Shown here piece after piece: positions 18,966 to 28,337 of a DNA stretch of 64,000 nt. The position numbers and the translations under genes are program-made. Within the stretch, counting starts at the first letter, position 1. Each line of letters opens with the position of its first letter. Source of the DNA: an uncultured Acidobacteriota bacterium (lineage in GTDB: Bacteria > Acidobacteriota > Vicinamibacteria > Vicinamibacterales > CAVVIG01); assembly GCA_963729215.1 (NCBI GenBank), contig CAVSND010000030.1:74239-138238 (forward strand). The letters run 5' to 3'. The notes beneath the pieces were generated by a model. That model was not told the DNA's origin. It was given only the letters and a program-made list of their open reading frames with translations, and made no database searches.

Positions 18966-21388
18966 AACACCGTGTCGCCATCGCGCGGCTGCTGGCCGCT
19001 GTATCACTCGTCCTGATCGTGCTCAGCGTGCCGTCCGCGGCACGCGCGCAGCAGGCGGCGGCCCCGGACGAGCACGCGCCGACCGGATCGAGTTTCTCCC
19101 TCATGATGCTCCGCGACCTGCCCTCGAGCAACAACCTGTTCTCGCTCCTCGAGGGCGTAGAACCCAACGTGATCACCGATCGCTTCTACGGCGGGGGGCT
19201 CAATACCGGGCAGAGGGCGCGCATCGGGGCATTCCTGAACTCCTGGACGCAGACGCAGTACCGCGTGGGAGACGTCAATATCACCGCGCCGGATGGCAGC
19301 GGATCGCCGTTCTTGTTCCCGGCGCTTCCGCTGTGGGAGCGCGTGGACGTCGCCGCGGGCGTCATGCCCATCGGCTTCGGCGCTCCCGGCCTCGGCGTGT
19401 CGTTCGAACCGATGCGACCGTCTGGCAGATGGACCGGCGCCGCGGAGGCGTCGTTCGCCGGATCCGGCCTGGTCGCGAGCCCCTCCGCGGGCGCGCCGGC
19501 GAACCCCATCGAGACGCTGACGAACTGGGGCCACGGAGGATTTCTCGTGAGCGGACCCGTCACACCCCGCCTGGGCCTGGTGACGGCGATCGAGTGGTCC
19601 CAGTCGGATCAAGTGGAGCGAGCCGGCGCGACACAAGCCAGCGGACGCGCATCTTCAGCGTTCGCCAACGTCGTGTTCGCGCCAAACGGCCGTGACGAGT
19701 TCCGCACCGTCGCCTGGTTTCAACATGCGCAGGCGCCGTTCGTGCCGGCGCTGACTGCCGCGCCGTCGACGGCCACCGACGAGCAGACGTTTACGCATCT
19801 CCAGTCCACGTGGCAGCGCGCGGACGCAGGACTGTTGTGGCGATTGTTTGGCGCGTACTCCCAGAGAACCAGCACCCGCACGCCGCTCAACTGGGCTGGC
19901 TCGACCCAACTGATCGAACGGCTCACGGATGGCCCGGTGCCGCTGCTCGCCGCGTCAGGCGACCGGAGCGACCATCGATGGTCCATCGGTATGCGGGCCT
20001 CTCCGGCGCCTCCGCCGATAGGCGGCGTCACCCAGGCCCTGCAGTTTGGCGCCGACCTGATGGGCGCAGGGTCTCGCGTGGGAGCCTTTTCGGGCTCCAT
20101 TGGCGAGCTGGTGGACGGTGCGCGCGCGCGCATGTGGACGTTCACGAGCCCGGGCATCGATGCGCAGCGCCACGAGACGGCCTTTTCGGCGTTTGTCGCC
20201 GATCGTATTCAGGCTGGCAGCAGCATTACGGCCGAAATCGGCCTCACCTACGACGGCGTCAGGGGGTCTGCCGAGTCCGCGGCACAGGGCATCAGCTGGG
20301 ACACCTTGCTGCCGAGCGCCTCGATCTGGTGGGCGGCCACCAAATCGGGACACACGTGGATATTCGGGTCCTACCGGAAGGCCGCCGATGTCCTCACGCT
20401 CGACACGCTGGCGGTCGGCGATCCCGCGGCGCCGACCGGCACCATGTCCGCCTGGACCTCGCAGGGCGTCGGCCCCATCGTCGCGCGTGTCGGGCCGGGC
20501 ACCGGAGGCAACCAGTCGTTCAGCGCGATTTCCCCTTCGCTGAACCGTCCCACGACGGACGAATTGACGGTTGGCGCGGAGTATCGGCCGGGTGCGGGCA
20601 TGCGGTTCCGGCTCGCGGGCGTCATCAAGCGCCAGCACAATCGGATCGATCTCGTGAACACGGGGGTGCCCGTGTCGAGCTATTCCCTGTCCACGGTCGT
20701 AGACGGACGGCCCTCCGCTGACGGGGGCGACACGCTTTTGCCGGTCTACAACCGGCTCCCGTCGAGCTTCGGCCGCGATCAATATTTGCTGTCGAACCCG
20801 GCGTCGGATGACGACACGTTCGAGGGCCTTGTCCTGAGCGGCGACATGTCGCGCGGCAAATGGTCCCTGCTGTTTGGCGCGACCGCGAGCCAGACCTCGG
20901 GGCTTGCCTCGAACCGCGGATTCCATGCCGACGAAAACGATCCCGGGATTGCGGGTGAAGTGTTCACCGATCCAAACGCAACCAACGACGCGCGGGGCCG
21001 TCTTTTTTTCGACCGGGCGTTCACCATCAAGATCGCAACCGTCCGTCGATTTACACACGACGTCACCGTCGGCCTGATCGCGCGCTATCAGGACGGCCAG
21101 CCGTTCTCCCGCGTGACGGTTGTGCCGGGCCTGAATCAGGGAACGGACTTCATACGGGCGTTCCCGGCTGGCGACGCGCGGTTCAGCTTCACGGGCACGC
21201 TCGACTTCCGAGTGCAGAAGGGATTTGGGGCTGGCCCGGCGCGAGTGGACGCCTTCCTCGACGTGTATAACCTCTTCGACCTGGGCTACGAGGTGGAAGA
21301 GCGGGTCGTAACCGGCAGCAGCTTCCGCACCATCACCGCGATCCAGCCGCCCATGGCGGCGCATATCGGCGTGCGCGTGACGTTTTAG
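18962..21388 (+). CDS. TonB-dependent receptor-like outer-membrane beta-barrel (no CarboxypepD_reg domain)
   Basis: GTG 18962 overlaps the upstream stop (GTGA). Signal VKHRVAIARLLAAVSLVLIVLSVPSAARA. Plug-like LRDLPSSNNLFSLLEGVEPNV. C-terminal ...HIGVRVTF ends in an aromatic residue, as in OMPs. Confidence 0.65.
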   Translation: MKHRVAIARLLAAVSLVLIVLSVPSAARAQQAAAPDEHAPTGSSFSLMMLRDLPSSNNLFSLLEGVEPNVITDRFYGGGLNTGQRARIGAFLNSWTQTQYRVGDVNITAPDGSGSPFLFPALPLWERVDVAAGVMPIGFGAPGLGVSFEPMRPSGRWTGAAEASFAGSGLVASPSAGAPANPIETLTNWGHGGFLVSGPVTPRLGLVTAIEWSQSDQVERAGATQASGRASSAFANVVFAPNGRDEFRTVAWFQHAQAPFVPALTAAPSTATDEQTFTHLQSTWQRADAGLLWRLFGAYSQRTSTRTPLNWAGSTQLIERLTDGPVPLLAASGDRSDHRWSIGMRASPAPPPIGGVTQALQFGADLMGAGSRVGAFSGSIGELVDGARARMWTFTSPGIDAQRHETAFSAFVADRIQAGSSITAEIGLTYDGVRGSAESAAQGISWDTLLPSASIWWAATKSGHTWIFGSYRKAADVLTLDTLAVGDPAAPTGTMSAWTSQGVGPIVARVGPGTGGNQSFSAISPSLNRPTTDELTVGAEYRPGAGMRFRLAGVIKRQHNRIDLVNTGVPVSSYSLSTVVDGRPSADGGDTLLPVYNRLPSSFGRDQYLLSNPASDDDTFEGLVLSGDMSRGKWSLLFGATASQTSGLASNRGFHADENDPGIAGEVFTDPNATNDARGRLFFDRAFTIKIATVRRFTHDVTVGLIARYQDGQPFSRVTVVPGLNQGTDFIRAFPAGDARFSFTGTLDFRVQKGFGAGPARVDAFLDVYNLFDLGYEVEERVVTGSSFRTITAIQPPMAAHIGVRVTF

Positions 21389-21406
21389 CGAGCGTGTTTG
21401 TCAGTC

Positions 21407-21459
21407 GTAGCGTCCGCCTTCAGGCGGACGTTCGCCGGCCGGCTGAAGCCGGCCGCTAC
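21407..21459. repeat. REP-like double-hairpin element
   Basis: GTAGCGTCCGCCTTCAGGCGGACG-TTCGCC-GGCCGGCTGAAGCCGGCCGCTAC, between convergent genes. Confidence 0.9.
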
Positions 21460-21517
21460 GGCTGTTCGCCGAGCAGGCCTTCAAGCCTGCACTCCACGTG
21501 ACTTACTCGGACAGGGT

Positions 21518-23449
21518 TTAGACGGCGAGCGCGCGCAGCCGCAGCTTGTTTTCGTACATCCGGACGTCGGCGGCGGCAAACAGGGCGTCGAGTGTGTCGC
21601 CGTCGGCCGGGTAGAGCGCGGCGCCCACGCTCGCCGAGACGGACAGCGGTTCACGACGGCCCACGTCGATGGACAACTCCTCGATGGCTCGTGCGAGCTC
21701 ATCGCTCTTGCGCTCGACAACATCCGCTCCGGCGCCTGTCAGCAGGACGACGAACTCGTCGCCACCGTGACGGCCGCAGACGTCGTGCGGCCGCAGGCTT
21801 CGACGCAGGCACTGCGCCACCGCCTTGAGGACGATGTCGCCGGCGCCGTGGCCGAGCCGATCGTTGATCACCTTGAAGTCGTTCATGTCGATCACGAGCA
21901 CGGCGAACGCGGTCCCGGCCCGCTGTGCCCGCGCCAGCTCGCGAGCGACGTGCGCTTCGACAAACCGGCGGTTCGGCAGGTCGGTCAGCGCGTCGGTGTG
22001 CGACTCGGCGGTGGCGCGTTCGAACAATTCGTAGAGCTCGCCCTGGGCCTCCGAGATGTTGTCGAACACCCGCCGGTCCAGCCGGTCGCCGTCGGCCGCC
22101 CTGGCTTCGATGGCCGGCAGGATCTCGACGAACTTCCTGACGAGCGTCGGATCGAGGCTCGTGCCGGCTTCGTGCTGAATGTGCGCCACGGCTTCGTGCA
22201 TCGACAGCGGCGGACGATACGGCCGTTCGCTGCGCAGCGCGTCGAACCGCTCGGCGATCGCGATAATCCGCGCGCCCAGCGGGATCAGGTCGCCGCCGAT
22301 CATGTCGGGATACCCCGTGCCATCCCATCGCTCATGGTGATGACGGATGAACGGCGCGACGGGATAGGGAAACGGCACGGCCGCAACAATGTCCGCGCCG
22401 ATCTCCGGATAGCGGCATACGCGCGCGAATTCCTCCGGGGTCAGCGGCCCGGACTTCGCCAGCAGGTGGTCGGGCACGCCGAGCTTGCCCACGTCGTGAA
22501 GCAGCGACGCAATGCGCACGCCTTCGATCAGATCGTCGCGCAGGCCGAGCGAGCGGCCGAGCTCGGTCGCGTAGTACTGCACGCGCCGCACGTGGCTCTT
22601 GGCGGTCGCATCCTTCGCCTCGATCGCAAGGGCGAGCGCTTCCACGGTGGCGAGGTGCATGTCCGACAGCTCTCTGACATGCCGGCGCTCGTCGTCCATC
22701 CGCCCGAGATAGACCTTGTACAGCCGGAACGTGAGAAACAGCGGCAGCAGCAGGGCGAGCGCGCCGTACCCCAGCGCCGGCACGGCCTTCACCGCGATCG
22801 TCGCGACGAACGCCCCGACGAAGTAGTTGGGCGCGCCCCAGAGATACTCCTGGTCCCAGACGCGCAGCAGCGACTGGCGGGTGGACAGCGCGACAACGGT
22901 CGCGACGAGCAGCGAGTTGCACAGGAAATACGCAAAGGCCGACGCCGCGATCGACGGGAGGACGCGGCTCGCGTCGCCGTTCGCGCCGCCGGTCCAGGCC
23001 AGCACCCTCGCGCCAAGCTCCATCGACAGGACAAGAGACGAGACGCTGAACAGCGTCCGGTACCAGGGGTTGCGCACCGTGACCTTGAACGTGCACTGCG
23101 CCCACCCGCCCGCCGCAGTCACCCAGGTTGCCGCGCCGGGCCCCAGGACGAGCAGCGTCCCGAAGTTCACCGCGTATCCGAGCGACAGCGTGGACACGGA
23201 CCGCCCGACGGGCAGCTTGAACTTGATCACGTTGGCGCCAATCGACAAGCCCAGCAGCGATCCCAGCAGCAGCGGCTGTTCGAGCGACCCGCGCCAGAAG
23301 GACGCCAGGAGGAGCGCCGCTCCGGCGGCGATGACGGCCGCGACGAAGGCGCGGGCGGCCGCGGGCTGACGTTGAAGCGTATCGATGGAGATCATGCCCG
23401 GCAGGGAGCGTGATACGCTCTGTAATTGTCTGGCCCGTGGCAGCAGCAC
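21518..23449 (-). CDS. multi-pass membrane protein with HD-GYP phosphodiesterase and GGDEF diguanylate cyclase domains
   Basis: About 250-aa polytopic N-domain. HD-GYP motifs LLHDVGKLGVPD, HHERWDGTGYP. GGDEF motifs DLPNRR.., RHGGDEFVVLL. The start is uncertain (GTG 23449 or ATG 23398). Confidence 0.85.
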   Translation of the reverse strand: MLLPRARQLQSVSRSLPGMISIDTLQRQPAAARAFVAAVIAAGAALLLASFWRGSLEQPLLLGSLLGLSIGANVIKFKLPVGRSVSTLSLGYAVNFGTLLVLGPGAATWVTAAGGWAQCTFKVTVRNPWYRTLFSVSSLVLSMELGARVLAWTGGANGDASRVLPSIAASAFAYFLCNSLLVATVVALSTRQSLLRVWDQEYLWGAPNYFVGAFVATIAVKAVPALGYGALALLLPLFLTFRLYKVYLGRMDDERRHVRELSDMHLATVEALALAIEAKDATAKSHVRRVQYYATELGRSLGLRDDLIEGVRIASLLHDVGKLGVPDHLLAKSGPLTPEEFARVCRYPEIGADIVAAVPFPYPVAPFIRHHHERWDGTGYPDMIGGDLIPLGARIIAIAERFDALRSERPYRPPLSMHEAVAHIQHEAGTSLDPTLVRKFVEILPAIEARAADGDRLDRRVFDNISEAQGELYELFERATAESHTDALTDLPNRRFVEAHVARELARAQRAGTAFAVLVIDMNDFKVINDRLGHGAGDIVLKAVAQCLRRSLRPHDVCGRHGGDEFVVLLTGAGADVVERKSDELARAIEELSIDVGRREPLSVSASVGAALYPADGDTLDALFAAADVRMYENKLRLRALAV

Positions 23450-23862
23450 ACCTTCTCATCCGCAGGCATTACGACTGCTTCAACGAGCGGCGCTTCGCCG
23501 ATGGAGCGGACCTCTTCTCCGAGGACTGCGTCCTCGAACACCCGCCGTTTGGCCAGAAGCGCGTTGGGCGTGAGGGCTATCTCGAACTGGTGAAGAACTG
23601 GGTGGACGCGTTTCCCGACGGCCGGCTGCAGATCGACCATGTGGAACAACGCGGCGACACCATCTGCGAAGTGGACCTCATCGGCACCGGCACCCACCAG
23701 GGCGATTTCGACATGGGCGGGTACGGCGTGCTGAAGGCCTCGGGCGTCAAGACGACGCTCAGGTTCCGCGAACTGCTCGAAATTCGTGGGGGCCAGATCA
23801 CGTACTCGAGCCTCACGTTCGACGTACATGACCTGCTGCGACAGCTCGCGGGAAGAGCCTGA
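23410..23862 (+). CDS. SnoaL-like ester cyclase (NTF2-fold) protein
   Basis: LLIRRHYDCFNERRFADGADLFSEDCV.EHP...........GY.E.VKNWVDAFPD. The start is uncertain (GTG 23410 or 23437). Confidence 0.6.
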   Translation: MIRSVIVWPVAAAHLLIRRHYDCFNERRFADGADLFSEDCVLEHPPFGQKRVGREGYLELVKNWVDAFPDGRLQIDHVEQRGDTICEVDLIGTGTHQGDFDMGGYGVLKASGVKTTLRFRELLEIRGGQITYSSLTFDVHDLLRQLAGRA

Positions 23863-24119
23863 TGGAAGATGTACCGACAACGCTGTGGACCCTCCACCGC
23901 GACGGCCGCGAGGCGGCCTGCCGCGCACGTCTCGCACCGTACGGCATCGAGATCGACCTGACGAGCGACGGCGATCCCGTCGTCACACGCGTATTCGCCA
24001 CGGGCGAGGAAGCGCTCGCCTGGGCGGACAAGAAGCGCGCGGACCGCGAAACGCAAGGATGGCGGCCCGCCGACGCCTCGCAGCGCGCCGAACCAGGCCA
24101 TCCTGAAGGCAAAACGTAA
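23862..24119 (+). CDS. small conserved-looking hypothetical protein (85 aa)
   Basis: Its ATG overlaps the upstream stop (TGATG), which implies translational coupling. Composition is non-shadow. I recognise no family. Confidence 0.45.
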   Translation: MEDVPTTLWTLHRDGREAACRARLAPYGIEIDLTSDGDPVVTRVFATGEEALAWADKKRADRETQGWRPADASQRAEPGHPEGKT

Positions 24120-24200
24120 AAAGCCGAGCGCAGGAACGGCCCGGAATACTCCGGTCGTCATTCCGCGTTCGACGTCCAGGCTGCGCCTTCGGCCAGCCTG

Positions 24201-24953
24201 CTAGTGCAGGATCATCTTGCCGCCGCCCCAGATGGCTTTGGCCCGCCAGTCCTCGTCCAGTACCGTCCAGAGCATCTGATCGAGGTATTCGCCGTCGCGC
24301 AGGAATGACTTGCGCAGGATGCCCTCCTGCACCGCCCCGATCTTGCGCAGCGCGCCGTTGCCGCGCCCGTTCTTCACCGCCGCGCGCGCTTCGAGCCGAT
24401 GCACGCCGACGGTCTCGAACGCGAATTCCATGACGAGCTTGGCGCCCTTCTCGAAAATTCCGCTGCCCCAGAACGGCGAGCCGAGCGCAAAGCCCCATTC
24501 GGCCGTGGCGAACCCAGGTTCCGTGGACCGCAGCTGGAAGATCCCGATGGCCGTGTCCGACTCGGCAAGCGTGACAGCAAAGCAGACATACGCGCCTGCG
24601 GCACGCTGGCGAGCCGCCCAGACGATGAACCGCTCGAATCCCTCGACCGTGCCGGGCGGCGGCGAGATGAATCGGGCGACTTCCTCAGTGGTCAGCAGCG
24701 CGAACAGGGAGGGTGCATCCGACGTGCGCATCTCGCGCAACGTGATGCTGGTGGCGCTCAGAACGGGCAGGGCGTCGCGCCAGTCCGTGGTGACGACCGA
24801 CGTGGCGGCCGGAGCCGTCACCGTCGTCCGCGGAGCGGTCACGTCTTGCGGCCGGAGGAGCGGCATCTTGTCCACTAGACGCCTCCCCACGTGATATCCG
24901 ACGCGTCTGTCGGGAGAACGACTGGTTGCCGCAAGCCGACGGTCATGTGCCAC
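24201..24953 (-). CDS. GNAT N-acetyltransferase (RimJ/RimL-like, Acetyltransf_3)
   Basis: ITLREMRTSDAPSLFALL.., EWGFALGSPFWGSGIFEKGAKLVMEFAFETVGVHRLEARAAVKNGRGNGALRKIGAVQEGILRKSF. The start is probably ATG 24866 (MPLLRP). Confidence 0.8.
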   Translation of the reverse strand: MAHDRRLAATSRSPDRRVGYHVGRRLVDKMPLLRPQDVTAPRTTVTAPAATSVVTTDWRDALPVLSATSITLREMRTSDAPSLFALLTTEEVARFISPPPGTVEGFERFIVWAARQRAAGAYVCFAVTLAESDTAIGIFQLRSTEPGFATAEWGFALGSPFWGSGIFEKGAKLVMEFAFETVGVHRLEARAAVKNGRGNGALRKIGAVQEGILRKSFLRDGEYLDQMLWTVLDEDWRAKAIWGGGKMILH

Positions 24954-25295
24954 ACCGCATTGTGCAAAGGCACGGCCACACGAGCGAATTGATGTTGTTG
25001 TGAGTTAAGTCGTTGGAAACAGCCTGTTTAGCGCAAAAGAGGCAGTTTCCCTAATTCAGTCGCGTCTGTCTTATAAAGAACCATGAAATTCTGGAACATT
25101 CGATGGTGATGAGAAGCTAAACATCTACAGCAATGACCTTTATATGGTTGTGTTCTTTCCTGAATGGCGACTGCCACTAAATGGAACACACTGTCATTTT
25201 TTGTCCTATGACAATCGCCGTCTGCCGCGGATTGCCAGTGCCGGAGACCGTCCGCGGCTCATGGTAGATAATGCGATGGACGCGATGCCTCCGCG

Positions 25296-26417
25296 ATGAA
25301 CAAACTGAGTACCGTCTTCCCGCTTGCGCTGTCCCTGAGTTCGATGATGCTGCAGCCGGCGTCGACGCCCTACCAGGAACGCGACTTCCTGACGCGCGTC
25401 CGGCGGCTCACCGTCGAGGGCAAGCGGGCTGGCGAAGGCTATTGGTCTCCCGATGGCAAGCGCCTCGTGTTTCAGAGCGAACGCGAGCCGGGCAATCCCT
25501 TCTATCAGATATACACGCTGGATCTCGAGACGGGCGACACGAAGCGGATCTCCCCCGGGCTCGGCAAGACCACCTGCGCATTCATCCGGCCGGGCGCCGA
25601 CGGCGACATCGAGTTTGCGTCGACGCATGCCGACCCGAAATCGAAGCAGCTGCAGGACGAGGAGAACGCGTTTCGCGCGTCGGGGAAGGAACGCCGCTAC
25701 TCGTGGGACTACGACCCCGAGATGGACATCTACGTCTACGGCGGACGCACGGGCAAGCTCACGCGCCTGACGACCGCCCGCGGGTACGACGCCGAGGGCA
25801 GCTATTCGCCCGACGGCCAGTGGATTGTCTTCACATCGATGCGCGACGCCTACAACCGGACGCTCAGCGACGCCGAGAAGAAGCAGCTCGAGACCGACCC
25901 CAGCTACTTCGCCGAGATTTACATCATGAAGGCCGACGGCTCCGGCCAGAAGCGCCTGACCAACGTCGCCGGGTACGATGGCGGGCCGTTTTTTACGCAC
26001 GACGGCTCACGCGTCGTCTGGCGGCGGTTCGACGTGACCGGCCTCATTGCCGACGTCTGGACGATGAAGCCCGACGGCAGCGATCAGCAGCAGATCACGG
26101 ATTTCGGCGCCATGAGCTGGGCGCCGTACGAACATCCGTCCGGCAAGTACTTCATCTTCGCGTCGAACAAGCTGGGGTTCGACAACTTCGAGCTGTTCAT
26201 GGTCGACGCGGCGGGCACGAAGGAGCCCGTGCGCGTCACCTACTCACCGGGATTCGACGGCCTGCCTGTGCCGTCGCCGGATGGGAAGCAGCTGGCGTGG
26301 ACGTCGTCTCGCGGCGGCGGATCCGCGGGCCAGCTCTTCCTGGGCCAGTGGAACCACGAGAAAGCACTCGAAGCGATCGCGCAGGCGCCGCTCAAGAAGG
26401 CTGCAAAGAAGCCATGA
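25296..26417 (+). CDS. TolB-like PD40/WD40 beta-propeller protein (secreted)
   Basis: Repeated YWSPDGKRLVF, SYSPDGQWIVFTS, FTHDGSRVVW, PSPDGKQLAWTS PD40 blades. Signal MNKLSTVFPLALSLSS. Confidence 0.8.
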   Translation: MNKLSTVFPLALSLSSMMLQPASTPYQERDFLTRVRRLTVEGKRAGEGYWSPDGKRLVFQSEREPGNPFYQIYTLDLETGDTKRISPGLGKTTCAFIRPGADGDIEFASTHADPKSKQLQDEENAFRASGKERRYSWDYDPEMDIYVYGGRTGKLTRLTTARGYDAEGSYSPDGQWIVFTSMRDAYNRTLSDAEKKQLETDPSYFAEIYIMKADGSGQKRLTNVAGYDGGPFFTHDGSRVVWRRFDVTGLIADVWTMKPDGSDQQQITDFGAMSWAPYEHPSGKYFIFASNKLGFDNFELFMVDAAGTKEPVRVTYSPGFDGLPVPSPDGKQLAWTSSRGGGSAGQLFLGQWNHEKALEAIAQAPLKKAAKKP

Positions 26418-28257
26418 GACACCGAGCCCTTCTACTGGCCGTGGCGCTGGTCGCCGCGGCGGTTGGCCATCCCACGGCCGACGCCTCGAAACTTCGCAGC
26501 TACGTACAGACGCTCGCCTCCGACCGGTTTGGCGGGCGCATGACCGGCACCGAAGGCGAGACACTCGCCCGCGAGTTCATCGTCGCCGAGCTGAAGCGCA
26601 TCGGCGCGAAGCCGCTGCCCGGCCGCGAGTGATTTCGAATTGCCGTTCGAGTTCACGGCCGGGTACCCGTGACGCCGGGTCGAGGGTCTCGACCAGCATC
26701 GAGTTTCCGCGGCCACGAGACGGCGTCGTGGGCGGCATCGTGGGAGGAACGGCACCGGGCGATGCTCGGGCGTTGTCCTTCTCGGACAACGGTGACGTTG
26801 ACGGCCCCGTGGTCTTCGCCGGCTACGGCATCGTTGTTCCGGACAACCAGGAGTTCGGCTACGACAGCTACACCGGCCTCGATGTGAAGGACAAGGTCGT
26901 GCTCGTCCTCCGCTACTTCCCGGAAGATGCCGACCAGAAGACCAAGGCGATCCTCGTCCCGGTACTCGGATCTTCGGTACAAGGCGATGGCGGCGCGGCA
27001 GCACGGAGCCAAGGCCATTCTCGTCGTCACCGGCCCGCATTCGCCCAATGCGGGCGAACTGGCGCCGATGACATTCGACACCGCGATTGCCGGGTCGGGC
27101 ATCCTGGCGCTCAGTATCACGGGGAAGATGGCGGAAGGTCTGTTCGCGGGCATGCCGGACAAGAATCTGGCGGACGCGCAGAAGTCGCTCGACTCCGGGA
27201 ACCCCCACGTCGTCCGGCTTTCCGCTCACGGGCGCGAAGGTCCGCGTTCACGCCGACGTCGTTCGTGAGACGCGGACAGGCCGCAACATCACCGGTTATC
27301 TGCCGGCAACCACGTCGCCGGCATCGGGCCCGAAGCCGTGGGTGGCGCTTGGCGCCCACTACGATCACCTGGGCAGCGGCGGCAACGGGCTGTCGCTGGC
27401 GTCGAAGGAAGACGCCGGACGCGTGCATGGCGGCGCGGACGACAACGCGTCCGGTACGGCCGCCGTGCTGGCCGTCGCGGACACGTTCGCGAAGGAACGC
27501 CGGCGGCGGAACCTCGTCTTCAGCTTCTGGTCCGGCGAGGAACTGGGTCTGCTCGGTTCGGCGGCTTTCACGTCGCATCCGCCGATTCCACTGGCCGACA
27601 TCGAGGCGTATCTCAACTTCGACATGGTCGGCCGCATGCAGGAGAACAGGCTCAACGTCCAGGCCAGCGGATCGAGCCCGGTGTGGGACAAGCTGATCGA
27701 ACAGGCGAACGTCAAGGCGGGATTCGATCTGCGGCTGCAGCCCGACCCCTATCAGCCGACCGACGTGCAGACGTTCAACATGGCGAGCATTCCGAGCCTG
27801 AACTTCTTCACTGGCTCGCACGTGGACTACCACAAGCCCAGCGACACGGCGGACAAGATCGACTACGAGGATTCTCGATCGCATCGTCGACTTTGCCGCG
27901 GCGATTCTCCGGCGCCTCGACGCGCTGACGGAAGCGCCAGCCTTTACGAAGGTCGAACCGCAGACGCAGGGCGGCGCGAGCCGCACGGGCGTCCGGATCT
28001 TCACGGGCACCATCCCGGACTACGCGTCGGATGCGAAAGGACTTCTGCTCGGCGGCGTGGTGGGCGGCGGCCCGGCCGAGCAGGCCGGCCTCCAGAAGGG
28101 CGACGTGATCGTCGAAATCGCCGGCCAGACGATCACGAACATCTACGACTACACCTACGCGCTCGAGGTGCTGAAAGTGGGCCAGTCCGCCAAGGTCGTC
28201 TACATGCGCAACGGCGAGCGGAAAGAAACGACGCTCACCCCTTCCGCTCGAAAGTAA
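26414..28257 (+). pseudogene. M28 family aminopeptidase with PA and C-terminal PDZ domains, 5 frame breaks
   Basis: Segments read in successive frames: MRHRALLLAVALV..DRFGGRMTGTEGE.. | SDFELPFEFTAG | TRDAGSRV..VVFAGYGIVVPD..DVKDKVVLVLRYFPE.. | SRYSDLRYKAMAARQHGAKAILVV.. | GFPLTGAKVRVHADV..GAHYDHLG..GADDNASGTAAVL..FWSGEELGLLGS..YLNFDMVG.. | LDRIVDFAAA..PAEQAGLQKGDVIVEIAGQ..TPSARK*. Breaks are at about 26628, 26660, 26956, 27215 and 27873. Confidence 0.8.
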
Positions 28258-28337
28258 CTCGAGTGCAGCGGCAGGGGCGTTAGAGCATATTTCAGACTCG
28301 CGTACCATCTCCGATCGTACCCACGCCGACGCGTCAC

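Noticed and set aside
25144-25299. 51-codon ORF in the low-GC island overlapping the start of the PD40 gene.
   Set aside because: It has no recognisable family and no RBS, its composition changes mid-ORF, and it is below reliable size. It is kept only as a note under the low-GC finding.
26620-26670. Programmed +1 ribosomal frameshifting (prfB-like) in the M28 gene. The first two breaks coincide with in-frame TGA codons (GAG TGA T, CCG TGA C).
   Set aside because: The other 14-15 breaks are not at stop codons, for example 6952, 26956 and 41095. No SD-like stimulator precedes the sites. Out-of-frame TGAs soon after an insertion are expected by chance.
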